64,000 bases of DNA from a virus: positions 96,001 through 160,000 of IMG/VR virus record IMGVR_UViG_3300023223_000669; one strand, given 5' to 3'. A program made the position numbers and the translations under genes. The notes under the pieces were generated by a model. The model was given only the letters and a program-made list of their open reading frames with translations. It ran no database searches and was not told the DNA's origin. Numbering within the stretch: the stretch's first letter is position 1; each line of letters opens with the position of its first letter. Below are positions 48,729 through 57,206 of this stretch, piece after piece.

Positions 48729-49720
48729 TTACCGGAAGCTCGGGCTTCGTCGGCAAGCATGTCGTCAAGGCATTAGAAAATGATCACGATATTCTGGCGT
48801 TGTCACGCAAAGGACTCGATCTTTTGAGTCCTCCCACCGGAGAGACGACAAGGGGTTTAGTGGGGGCCAATTCTGCCGAAGCATTGTCGCTGTGGTTTAA
48901 GAACTATGAACACTACAACGGTCGCATCGACGCTATCGTGCATCTTGCGGCAACATGTGGCGGCATCGGCATCAATGCGGACAACCCAGGTAGATTCATC
49001 TACGAGAATCTCCAGATGGGCATCAATGTACTGGAGGCGGCCCGACTCGCGGGAGTCAAGAAGATCGTTAACCTCGGCACGGTTTGTGCCTATCCTAAGT
49101 ATGCTACTATTCCTTTTAAAGAAAGCGAGATTTGGGATGGATATCCAGAAGAGACCAACGCCCCCTACGGCATTGCCAAGAAGACCATCATGGAAATGGG
49201 CATTGCCTACTCACGTCAGTATGGGATGGACATTACCAATCTTGTGCCGGTGAACATGGCAGGAGAGCACGATAACTTTGATGAGTATTCGTCACATGTG
49301 ATTCCTGCACTGATTCAGAAATTTGAGCATCCAGTAGAATATGAGAGCGGTCTTGAAATTGTTGATGAAGATCATTCAAGAACATTAGTACAGCTATGGG
49401 GTACGGGGTCAGCTTCACGAGAATTCTTGTACGCGGGTGATTGTGCTAGGGCCATTGCCGTTGCCTTAGAAAAGCATACTGGTCCTGACCCTATCAATTT
49501 GGGCACCGGTAAAGAAATTACTATTCGTCAGCTTGCTGAGTTAGTCAAGAAGGTTGGTGGCTATGATTCTTATATTGTGTGGGATAAAAGCAAGCCGGAT
49601 GGTCAGCCTAGACGATGTTTAGATGTCACTAGAGCAAAGCACGTTTTGCGATGGGAAGCTACAACAACGCTGGAAGAAATTATCCGTCGTACTATTTCTT
49701 GGTATAGAGAAAATGGGTAG
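48716..49720 (+). CDS. fcl: GDP-L-fucose synthase
   Basis: ITGSSGFVG, HLAATCGGI, N..MGINVLEAA, CAYPK, YGIAK, LWGTGSASREFLY, INLGTG, KPDGQPRR. Confidence 0.93.
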   Translation: MRVLITGSSGFVGKHVVKALENDHDILALSRKGLDLLSPPTGETTRGLVGANSAEALSLWFKNYEHYNGRIDAIVHLAATCGGIGINADNPGRFIYENLQMGINVLEAARLAGVKKIVNLGTVCAYPKYATIPFKESEIWDGYPEETNAPYGIAKKTIMEMGIAYSRQYGMDITNLVPVNMAGEHDNFDEYSSHVIPALIQKFEHPVEYESGLEIVDEDHSRTLVQLWGTGSASREFLYAGDCARAIAVALEKHTGPDPINLGTGKEITIRQLAELVKKVGGYDSYIVWDKSKPDGQPRRCLDVTRAKHVLRWEATTTLEEIIRRTISWYRENG

Positions 49721-50276
49721 ACCAGCATTAAATTTGGGTGGTAGGCGTTTTGGTAAACTTGTGGCTACGAATACGCTCCGTATTGCGGCGGGGAATAATC
49801 GCCAACGTTTGTGTTATTGTGATTGTGGTAATGAAACATGGCTTGGGACTACTAATCTAACCACCGGGCACACTCAAAGTTGTGGATGTTGGTTAATGGA
49901 ATTTAAATCACTACCAAGCGGTCAAGCCGCTCGGAACGAAGTTTTTAGTGGTTACAAATCAGACGCAAAAAGACGCGGGCTGGAGTGGAATTTAACTGAT
50001 GAGCAATTTGATGCTGTAGTTTCTCAATGTTGTTTTTACTGTGGCCTAGAGCCATCTAATCGTAACAGTGTGAATCGAAATGGTGGCCGTAAGAATAGAT
50101 TAAGCTCTGGAGATTTTGTTTATAGCGGCATTGATAGAGTCAATAACAATCTTGGTTATCATGCTGATAATATTGTTGCTTGTTGTAAAATTTGCAACAA
50201 GGCCAAAAGTAACATGTCACTTTCCGATTTCTTAGAATGGATTAACAGGATCAAACAACATGACATCGTTTGTTAA
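49713..50276 (+). CDS. HNH-like homing endonuclease (paralog of 48186)
   Basis: GRRFGKL..LCYCDCG; CFYCG..GIDRVNNNLGY..NIVACCKICNKAK. Confidence 0.85.
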   Translation: MGRPALNLGGRRFGKLVATNTLRIAAGNNRQRLCYCDCGNETWLGTTNLTTGHTQSCGCWLMEFKSLPSGQAARNEVFSGYKSDAKRRGLEWNLTDEQFDAVVSQCCFYCGLEPSNRNSVNRNGGRKNRLSSGDFVYSGIDRVNNNLGYHADNIVACCKICNKAKSNMSLSDFLEWINRIKQHDIVC

Positions 50277-51336
50277 ACATCCAACGGCTCTTGTCACTGG
50301 AATTACGGGCCAGGACGGATATTACTTAGCACATTTTCTATTAGAACAGGGCTATCGAGTCGTAGGACTCGTACGTCGCACCTCCCTACCCACCGATTCG
50401 CGTCTGCGAACCTTACGCGGTAGCCCTAACTTACACCTGGTACATGGCGATGTGGACGACATCACGAGTATTCAGTCAGCTATCAGAGAATTTCAACCTC
50501 ATGAATTCTATCACCTGGCGGCACAGAGTCACGTAGCTGTTTCGTGGGAAGTCCCTATTGCTACCGCTAACACTACTGGCCTTGGCGTGTTGAATTGTCT
50601 GGAAGCTTTGAGGCAGGAAAAACCGGACTGTCGATTCTATTTTGCTGGCAGTAGCGAGCAGTTTGGTAATGCGTTGCCTGATCCGGGCGGTATTATCAAA
50701 ATACAAGATTCACAAACGGGTGAAATGACCAGGCAAAAATTGCACGAACGTTCCCCCATGCGTCCGGAATCTCCATATGCGGCTGCTAAGGTGTTTGGAT
50801 ATCACATTACTAGGGTATACCGTAGATCCTTTGATGTGTTTGCAAGCTGTGGCATATTGTTTAATCATGAATCGCCCGTTAGGGGCGAAGAGTTTGTGAC
50901 TCGCAAAATCACGCGTGGTTTAGCACGCGTGAAGTGGGACCTACAAGAATATATAGAACTCGGTAATATGAACGCTTGTCGTGATTGGGGGTTTGCGGGT
51001 GATTATGTGCGTGCCATGCATGCAATGTTACAACATGATGAGCCCGATGATTTCGTGATTGCTACTGGCCAGACAAACTCGGTCAAGCATTTTTTCAACG
51101 AGTGTTGCGAGTGGTTTGACCTTGACCCCGCTGTGGTATATAAGGTCAACGATAAATTTATGCGTCCAAAAGACATTGAAGTACTTTTGGGCGATAGTTC
51201 TAAGGCACAAAGAGTATTAGGCTGGAAGCCAGAGTGTGATTTCGAGACTTTAGTCTCGAAGATGTGTCGATATGACTACCACCTACAATCCCCCGACCCC
51301 TCCATGTCGCGAAAGGCAGATGAGTTTCTTTTCTAA
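50260..51336 (+). CDS. gmd: GDP-mannose 4,6-dehydratase
   Basis: ALVTGITGQDGYYLA, LAAQSHV, SSEQFG, SPYAAAK, LFNHESP.RGEEFVTRKI, RDWG. Confidence 0.97.
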   Translation: MTSFVKHPTALVTGITGQDGYYLAHFLLEQGYRVVGLVRRTSLPTDSRLRTLRGSPNLHLVHGDVDDITSIQSAIREFQPHEFYHLAAQSHVAVSWEVPIATANTTGLGVLNCLEALRQEKPDCRFYFAGSSEQFGNALPDPGGIIKIQDSQTGEMTRQKLHERSPMRPESPYAAAKVFGYHITRVYRRSFDVFASCGILFNHESPVRGEEFVTRKITRGLARVKWDLQEYIELGNMNACRDWGFAGDYVRAMHAMLQHDEPDDFVIATGQTNSVKHFFNECCEWFDLDPAVVYKVNDKFMRPKDIEVLLGDSSKAQRVLGWKPECDFETLVSKMCRYDYHLQSPDPSMSRKADEFLF

Positions 51337-51350
51337 GAAGAGAGGACAGG

Positions 51351-52034
51351 ATGAATAAAAAGAAAGAGATAGAAGAGGAGCACGTAATCACCGAGCGTGA
51401 GAAGCGTGCATGGGCTAAGAGCAAGGAACGTAAGAGTAGTCGCGAACGACCTAAGTTGGATCGTTTGCAACGTATTGAATTCCTCAAGCTTGTTTCGCAG
51501 ATGGCTAGTGCTTCTACAATGGAGCGTAAGCTCAAATTGGAGCCAAGGGATGTTGCATTCTATAAGCGGGAACTCGACATTGAGAGTCCTGATGAGGCTC
51601 GCCGTATGGCCAGGAATCTCCAGGCTGAGAGCAATGAGGTTTATGAGGCTCGCGTGCTTGCACAAACCAAGAAGGCTCGGGAAGCAGAACAGATAGCCAA
51701 CCAACGGCTTGATGAACTAGATGCCAAGAGGGCTGCCGACAAGGGTGGTTCAAGCCGTAGGGTGGACGTGACCAAGATCCGCCAAGAAGATGCTGAGCGT
51801 CAGCGTCGTTTTGCAGCACAGCAGGCTGAGCTAGATGAGCCCAAAACTAAATGGGAACTTCCCATGGAAGAGGGTGCTGGTTCTGAGGCTGAGCAGATCG
51901 ATCGTTTCCGTCGTCTCATTATCTATCATGGTTTGGATGCCGTACGTCGTCAGCACGGTGCGAGTGCTGTTCAAGTCAAGTGGGAGGCCGCTCGATTGGG
52001 ATTACGTATTAATTGGGATATCGTGCGTGGCTAA
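51351..52034 (+). CDS. hypothetical highly charged protein
   Basis: 227 aa, Glu/Arg/Lys-rich. Confidence 0.6.
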   Translation: MNKKKEIEEEHVITEREKRAWAKSKERKSSRERPKLDRLQRIEFLKLVSQMASASTMERKLKLEPRDVAFYKRELDIESPDEARRMARNLQAESNEVYEARVLAQTKKAREAEQIANQRLDELDAKRAADKGGSSRRVDVTKIRQEDAERQRRFAAQQAELDEPKTKWELPMEEGAGSEAEQIDRFRRLIIYHGLDAVRRQHGASAVQVKWEAARLGLRINWDIVRG

Positions 52035-52756
52035 TGAAACATACCAAAGAAAATCTTGAGCGGCTTTATGCCACTATGTCCTTGGACCAGATGGCCGAGC
52101 ATCTGGACATGGCCAAGTCTACGCTGTACTATCACATGCGTAAGCTTAAGGTTGAAAGGCGTTCCAAGAGCGAGGCTCAACAACAACATCTAAGGAAATC
52201 TCCTCACCAACGTAAGGGTAAGACACATTCAAAAGAGACCCGGGAAAAGATTTCCCAGGGCACTCGTGAGTTTTGGGACTCTGACGAAGGGGAGAGTCAG
52301 AAGACACGATTGGGAGCCTTGCGTCGAAGAGAGTGGAAGAACCGTTCTGCCAAAGACCGTTCTTCTGTCGTCAAGAGACTCCAGGAAGGGATTCGCCCAG
52401 CCCCAGGCGAGCTTTCACGATTTGGTGAAAAGCTGGCCGTGTTTCTAGGCGAACATGAGAAACTTCGGACGGGAATTCAGTTGACACCTAGCCATGTTTC
52501 TGATATCATTCTAGATGACCGCAAGGTAGTGGTGGAGCTGATTCTACCTGTCGCCGTGTATGGTGACGAGCAGCAGGCAAAGATCGAGGTGAGGTATGAC
52601 CGCTTGGCGGACCAACTCAATGACATGGGTTATCGCGTAATGGTCATCGAGGACCGTTCAAATTCTATCTCGACGGCACGATGCCAACGAGTATATGACG
52701 CCCTGGTGGCGTTTTTCCAGGACAGTAGTTTACAACGCACGACTATCGTGTCATAA
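52034..52756 (+). CDS. HTH + NUMOD3 + degenerate DUF559-like protein
   Basis: SLDQMAEHLDMAKSTLYYHM; RKGKTHSKETREKISQ; SDIIL-x-VVVEL..GYRVMVI. Confidence 0.55.
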   Translation: MKHTKENLERLYATMSLDQMAEHLDMAKSTLYYHMRKLKVERRSKSEAQQQHLRKSPHQRKGKTHSKETREKISQGTREFWDSDEGESQKTRLGALRRREWKNRSAKDRSSVVKRLQEGIRPAPGELSRFGEKLAVFLGEHEKLRTGIQLTPSHVSDIILDDRKVVVELILPVAVYGDEQQAKIEVRYDRLADQLNDMGYRVMVIEDRSNSISTARCQRVYDALVAFFQDSSLQRTTIVS

Positions 52757-52757
52757 T
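52729..52757 (+). promoter_or_regulatory. sigma70-type promoter (probably leaderless)
   Basis: TTTACA-N17-CATAAT with extended TG; ATG 6 nt downstream. Confidence 0.6.
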
Positions 52758-52763
52758 GATATC

Positions 52764-53444
52764 ATGAGTAAAGACCTATTCGAGACAGATTGGGAGAAAG
52801 AACTCCAGGATGGAGACACTGTAACACGTAAGGAGGATGGCGACCGAATGGAAGTCGTCTTACTTGCAGGCTTGCAACGACTTGCTCGTATGGCTGGCAT
52901 TACAGGTCAGGACTGTACCATACAAACCCCCGCCCCGACGATGGTACAGGCTATTTTTAAATCCGAATTTCAAACCGAACGTGGCAGGGTAGTATTTACT
53001 GGTACAGCCGACGCCATCGTTGGAGGAACTCATGCCAACGTCAAAGGTATTTTCGCGAGCTATCCTACTGCCATCGCAGAGTCTCGTGCAGAAGCACGTT
53101 CGCTCCGCAAGGCACTAGGTATCAAGATGCTGTCTTCGGAAGAGCTTGGTTTCCGTGAAGGTGTTGGTGCTCTTGAAGCATCACCTACCGGCAAGGCCGA
53201 TACTCAATTGGTCGCAGCTATCGAGAAACTTTGTGAGACACGCGGCGTTGAACCCGTTGCTGTCCTTGAAGCCGTGCTTGATGAAGCTCGTTCCTCAACA
53301 ATCTTTGAGTTGACAGAGCTAACAGTAGATGAAGCCCAACGTGCGATGGGATGGTTGAACGACCATAAGCTCAAGAAGGCAAAACAAAGCACTCAGGCAA
53401 AGCGTGACGCACGCAAGAAGGAATTGGAAAGGAAGAAAGCATGA
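52764..53444 (+). CDS. putative single-strand annealing protein (Rad52/Sak/ERF-like)
   Basis: FTGTADA...AIAESRAEARSLRKALGI; similarity by eye only. Confidence 0.45.
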   Translation: MSKDLFETDWEKELQDGDTVTRKEDGDRMEVVLLAGLQRLARMAGITGQDCTIQTPAPTMVQAIFKSEFQTERGRVVFTGTADAIVGGTHANVKGIFASYPTAIAESRAEARSLRKALGIKMLSSEELGFREGVGALEASPTGKADTQLVAAIEKLCETRGVEPVAVLEAVLDEARSSTIFELTELTVDEAQRAMGWLNDHKLKKAKQSTQAKRDARKKELERKKA

Positions 53445-53695
53445 GCGAAACATATTTTGAATTAGATGATATGGCTTCAAAACTCTTTAGCGAGTTTCAT
53501 AAAGCTATCGATGGTTTGCGTGCCGATGACACAGAAGCAAAAAAATATTTGTATGGTGCCTTTATTACGCTTCAAGAAGATATGTATTGTCTGGAAGCAA
53601 GACTAGCACCCGCGTCTCATTCGAGAGAACATCAGCGGTGTATTGCGGCAGAAGCACGCAATGGCATGTTAGCTCATTCTGATAAGAAGGACTAA
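53441..53695 (+). CDS. hypothetical protein
   Basis: 84 aa, coupled. Confidence 0.55.
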   Translation: MSETYFELDDMASKLFSEFHKAIDGLRADDTEAKKYLYGAFITLQEDMYCLEARLAPASHSREHQRCIAAEARNGMLAHSDKKD

Positions 53696-53696
53696 A

Positions 53697-54059
53697 ATGA
53701 AAGTATTAGTACTATGTGGTAGCGGATCCGTTCAAGCAGAAGGTGAGAGCCATGCTGAGCTTTGGGAGCAACTTGCTCAACTAGAGGAAGCATTTGGCGA
53801 GCATCAGTGTGGTAAATGTGAAGGCACTCATGTTCGTCATGTTGTCAGAGAAAATGACGGTGGTGACAAATTCTATGAGCTACATTGTTTAAAGAAAGGC
53901 TGCCGTGCTCGTCTACGCATGAGTGTCCGTAAGAAGGGTGGTGTGTTCTATCCGAAGCGTAAGGCTGGCGAAAATGATTCGTCTGGCTTGGAGCAGGGAG
54001 CATGGTTGCCGAATGGCGGGTGGATGAAGTATAACGCACAGATCGGTAAGGAAGAGTAA
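53697..54059 (+). CDS. hypothetical zinc-ribbon protein
   Basis: CGKC...C-x4-C. Confidence 0.6.
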   Translation: MKVLVLCGSGSVQAEGESHAELWEQLAQLEEAFGEHQCGKCEGTHVRHVVRENDGGDKFYELHCLKKGCRARLRMSVRKKGGVFYPKRKAGENDSSGLEQGAWLPNGGWMKYNAQIGKEE

Positions 54060-54625
54060 TGGATCCTGTTTGCATTTGTAAGGGTCTTGATCCCCGCGAC
54101 GGAAAGACCACGCACAGTCATCATTCATCTTGTCCTAGAGCAAAGCCATTTGAAGAAATGACTCCTGGTATTCGTGAGGCTAACGCTATGGCCAACCAAC
54201 GACTCAAAGAAATACTAAGACAAAGAGAAAAGACTATGTTGACTTTTGATGAATACCAGGAAAGTACTACGCATACTCGTATTTACCGCGACTCGATTCG
54301 TACAATCCTGATGGGCCTTGGCATTGAAGGTGATGCACTCCAGGCGGTAACCAAACTACTAAGTACATCTTATGCTGGTCTCGGCTTGGGTGAAACTGGT
54401 GAAGTCCAAGGTAAGCTCAAAAAGATCATTCGTGACAGTGGTGGCGTGATTGACGATGATGTGCGTCAGAAGATTGCTGGTGAACTCGGTGATTGTCTGT
54501 GGTATGTCGCTGCGACAGCGGAAGAGTTTGATCTTAGTTTAGGTGATATTGCTCAGGCTAACTTAGATAAGCTGGCCGATCGCAGAGAACGCGGCGTGAT
54601 TCAGGGTTCCGGCGACAACAGATGA
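54059..54625 (+). CDS. mazG: MazG-like nucleoside triphosphate pyrophosphohydrolase (N-terminal Cys/His extension; alternative start 54236)
   Basis: TFDEYQ, LGLGETGEVQGKLKK, ELGDCLWY, ANLDKL..R. Confidence 0.85.
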   Translation: MDPVCICKGLDPRDGKTTHSHHSSCPRAKPFEEMTPGIREANAMANQRLKEILRQREKTMLTFDEYQESTTHTRIYRDSIRTILMGLGIEGDALQAVTKLLSTSYAGLGLGETGEVQGKLKKIIRDSGGVIDDDVRQKIAGELGDCLWYVAATAEEFDLSLGDIAQANLDKLADRRERGVIQGSGDNR

Positions 54626-54912
54626 GACGCCTGAATCGCAAATCAGAAGACAAACGCGTATTCACCTGTCCTCAATGCGAGAAGCATCGCATGACTCGAC
54701 CCATCGCTCATGTAGTGAGCGATGAGAAACATCCCTATAAGACGAAGACTGGTGAGGAGCGTGAGTTCTTTATCGATATCTGTGATCCTTGCAAACGCCG
54801 CAACTTCCGCAGGCATTTCGAGCCATCGCGGGAGGACATTCGTAAGGTACTCAAAACTCTAAGTGAAGATGCCACACTAGCGGACGATCAATCTCTCGAA
54901 GATTTGCTGTGA
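54622..54912 (+). CDS. hypothetical zinc-ribbon protein
   Basis: CPQC...CDPC. Confidence 0.55.
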   Translation: MRRLNRKSEDKRVFTCPQCEKHRMTRPIAHVVSDEKHPYKTKTGEEREFFIDICDPCKRRNFRRHFEPSREDIRKVLKTLSEDATLADDQSLEDLL

Positions 54913-55502
54913 AACTGAGATTTGGAAAATATACCGAAGCCCAACTTAGAGAAGTGATTAAAGAATCTAGGTCTATCAGACAGTCTCTTTTGAAGCTTGG
55001 TGTAAGCGTTAAAGATAATACCTATAGGGCTATCCGGCGACGTATTGATTATCTTGATATAGATACATCACATTTTACTACTAGTGGACCAGCCTGGAAG
55101 CGTGGCCGACGTACATCTATAGAAGATTATTTTAGTAATAAAGTCAAGATTACAAGCCACTTATTGCGTTGTCGTCTACTAGAAGACCGTATCTTTGAAC
55201 ACAAATGTTTCAATTGTTCTCGTTCTGAATGGTGTGATCAACCTATTCCACTAGAACTTAATCATATTAATGGCGATCACAACGACAATAGCTTTGATAA
55301 CTTGGAATTATTGTGCCCTAATTGTCATGCTTTGACGCCACACTACAGAGGTAGAAAAAACAAAAACCAAAAATATAAAACGCATTGCAAACGCGGCCAC
55401 GAACGCACCGAAGATAACTTACACTCAAATCGTGGGTGTAAAATATGCAAGAAAAATTACGACAAATTACGCAGGAATAGAAAAATTGGCCAATCATCGT
55501 AA
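54909..55502 (+). CDS. HNH homing endonuclease
   Basis: CFNC, LELNHINGDHNDNSFDNLELLCPNCH, KTHCKRGH. Confidence 0.88.
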   Translation: MKLRFGKYTEAQLREVIKESRSIRQSLLKLGVSVKDNTYRAIRRRIDYLDIDTSHFTTSGPAWKRGRRTSIEDYFSNKVKITSHLLRCRLLEDRIFEHKCFNCSRSEWCDQPIPLELNHINGDHNDNSFDNLELLCPNCHALTPHYRGRKNKNQKYKTHCKRGHERTEDNLHSNRGCKICKKNYDKLRRNRKIGQSS

Positions 55503-56721
55503 TTACTGGTTCTCAACAGCTCCAACCAGACACAGTGTCTCGTCGGGCTTAGTTCGTAATGCGGACGTGCTTATCATCGGCGGCGGTATCGCGGGTGTCA
55601 GCCTCCTGTATACCTTATTGAACGCGGGGTTCACTAACACTTATCTGGTGGAGGAATCCACCATCGCCGCCCATGCGAGCGGGCGGAGTAGTGGCCAGCT
55701 TATGCTTCGTGGTTTCAAGCTATTCAGTGAAATGCCAGAAGCCGATGGTATCGAATACCTTGAGTATGTGGGTGAAAACAATCGTCGTTTTCTCAGTGGT
55801 TTACGACGTGTAGCCTTTGACACTGACCTACGCGACTCAGGTGGATTACGCCTAGCAGTTACGAAAGAGGAACTAAAATCTCTTGAGAAGGAGTCTGAGT
55901 TTATACTTAGGCATCGTGACCTCAAGTGTCCCATGTTGACGGCTAAGGAATTACTAGGTCTTATCCCACAGACTAATTTTTTAGGCGGCATGTTCGTTCC
56001 CAATGAGGCTATTTTTAATCCATACAAAGTTGTGAATGGATTACGGGAATTCATTGAGAAGAAAGGATCTAGGGTTATTACGGATGCACAGGCGACTGCG
56101 GTAACTAAGAATACAGATGGCACTTTGGGTGTTTCAATTCGACATCGAGGAACCATTCGAGCAAAGAAAGTAATTTATGCGACCAATGCATACACACCAG
56201 AACTACTGCCTGAGTTGGCCGAGGCCATAACTCCCTATCGCGGGCAAATGATAGGTACCGATTATCTAGACGGCGAGATCGTCAGTAGCATTTTGCCTGC
56301 CATGAGCATGAGTTGTAATAACAGTAATGAATATTTCCGTGTGCATAATGGTCGTTTTTTAGTAGGTGGCATGCGACACGCGGTTCGCGGCAAGCAAATT
56401 GGTATCACGAACGATGGAGAGGTTAGTACTGCGGTGTATGAGAAGCTTCGTAACTTTGTTATTGATGCTTTTCCTTTCTTGAAAAATACTAAATTTACTC
56501 ATACGTGGTCTGGAATTATGGCTGCCACATCAGATGGATTGCCGTTGATTGGTGTCGTACCTGATAAACCTAATCAATTTATTTTGGCCGGTTTTAATGG
56601 CTATGGATTTTCTCATGCTTTACAAGGGAGCATGATTATCAAAGATCTTATCGCGACAGGGAAATCTTCTCATGCTGGCGTGAGATTATTTGATCCTGCT
56701 AGATTCCTGGAGACTGTTTGA
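55486..56721 (+). CDS. FAD-dependent oxidoreductase (DAO/PuuB-like family)
   Basis: DVLIIGGGIAG, HASGRSSG, ATNAY, WSGIMAATSDGLPLIG, GFNGYGF; probable TTG start at 55486. Confidence 0.88.
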   Translation: MANHRNYWFSTAPTRHSVSSGLVRNADVLIIGGGIAGVSLLYTLLNAGFTNTYLVEESTIAAHASGRSSGQLMLRGFKLFSEMPEADGIEYLEYVGENNRRFLSGLRRVAFDTDLRDSGGLRLAVTKEELKSLEKESEFILRHRDLKCPMLTAKELLGLIPQTNFLGGMFVPNEAIFNPYKVVNGLREFIEKKGSRVITDAQATAVTKNTDGTLGVSIRHRGTIRAKKVIYATNAYTPELLPELAEAITPYRGQMIGTDYLDGEIVSSILPAMSMSCNNSNEYFRVHNGRFLVGGMRHAVRGKQIGITNDGEVSTAVYEKLRNFVIDAFPFLKNTKFTHTWSGIMAATSDGLPLIGVVPDKPNQFILAGFNGYGFSHALQGSMIIKDLIATGKSSHAGVRLFDPARFLETV

Positions 56722-57206
56722 TGCGACCGACTTTTTGTTCATATTGTAAGATGGAAACCATTTTACATGGTGATCCTCATTATTATTGGCAAAAATCTAA
56801 TCATATGTTAGTTGGTGGTTATTGGAAATGTAAACAGCGAAACCGTGACAATGTTAGACAATGGCGTCGTAAAAATCCCGAACGGATGCGTTTACGTTCT
56901 CATCGTGATTATGATCAAAAACATTCGCTGGAACATGATTTGGATCTTGCATTTTATTGTACTATTATCAAGGATGCATGCTTTTATTGTGGACTCACAC
57001 CAGCTAATGGTGTGGATAGGAAGGACTCATGTATCGGACATGTGCGAATGAATTGTGTTCCGTGCTGTCCCAAATGTAATATAATTTTGGGCGACATTCC
57101 TTTTGAAGCTAAGAAAGCTTTAAAACCTAATTTGCGTGATGTTCGTATACGTGGATTGTTAAAAAATTGGGATATTCCATCCAAGAGACGACAGATCGAT
57201 GAATAA
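56721..57206 (+). CDS. HNH-like homing endonuclease
   Basis: CFYCG..GVDRKDS..NCVPCCPKCN. Confidence 0.8.
   Translation: MRPTFCSYCKMETILHGDPHYYWQKSNHMLVGGYWKCKQRNRDNVRQWRRKNPERMRLRSHRDYDQKHSLEHDLDLAFYCTIIKDACFYCGLTPANGVDRKDSCIGHVRMNCVPCCPKCNIILGDIPFEAKKALKPNLRDVRIRGLLKNWDIPSKRRQIDE

Noticed and set aside
25443-51336. Bacterial capsule/O-antigen locus (host chromosome)
   Set aside because: No flippase, polymerase, ABC transporter or initiating phosphoglycosyltransferase recognised; interleaved with phage HEGs and continuous with phage modules
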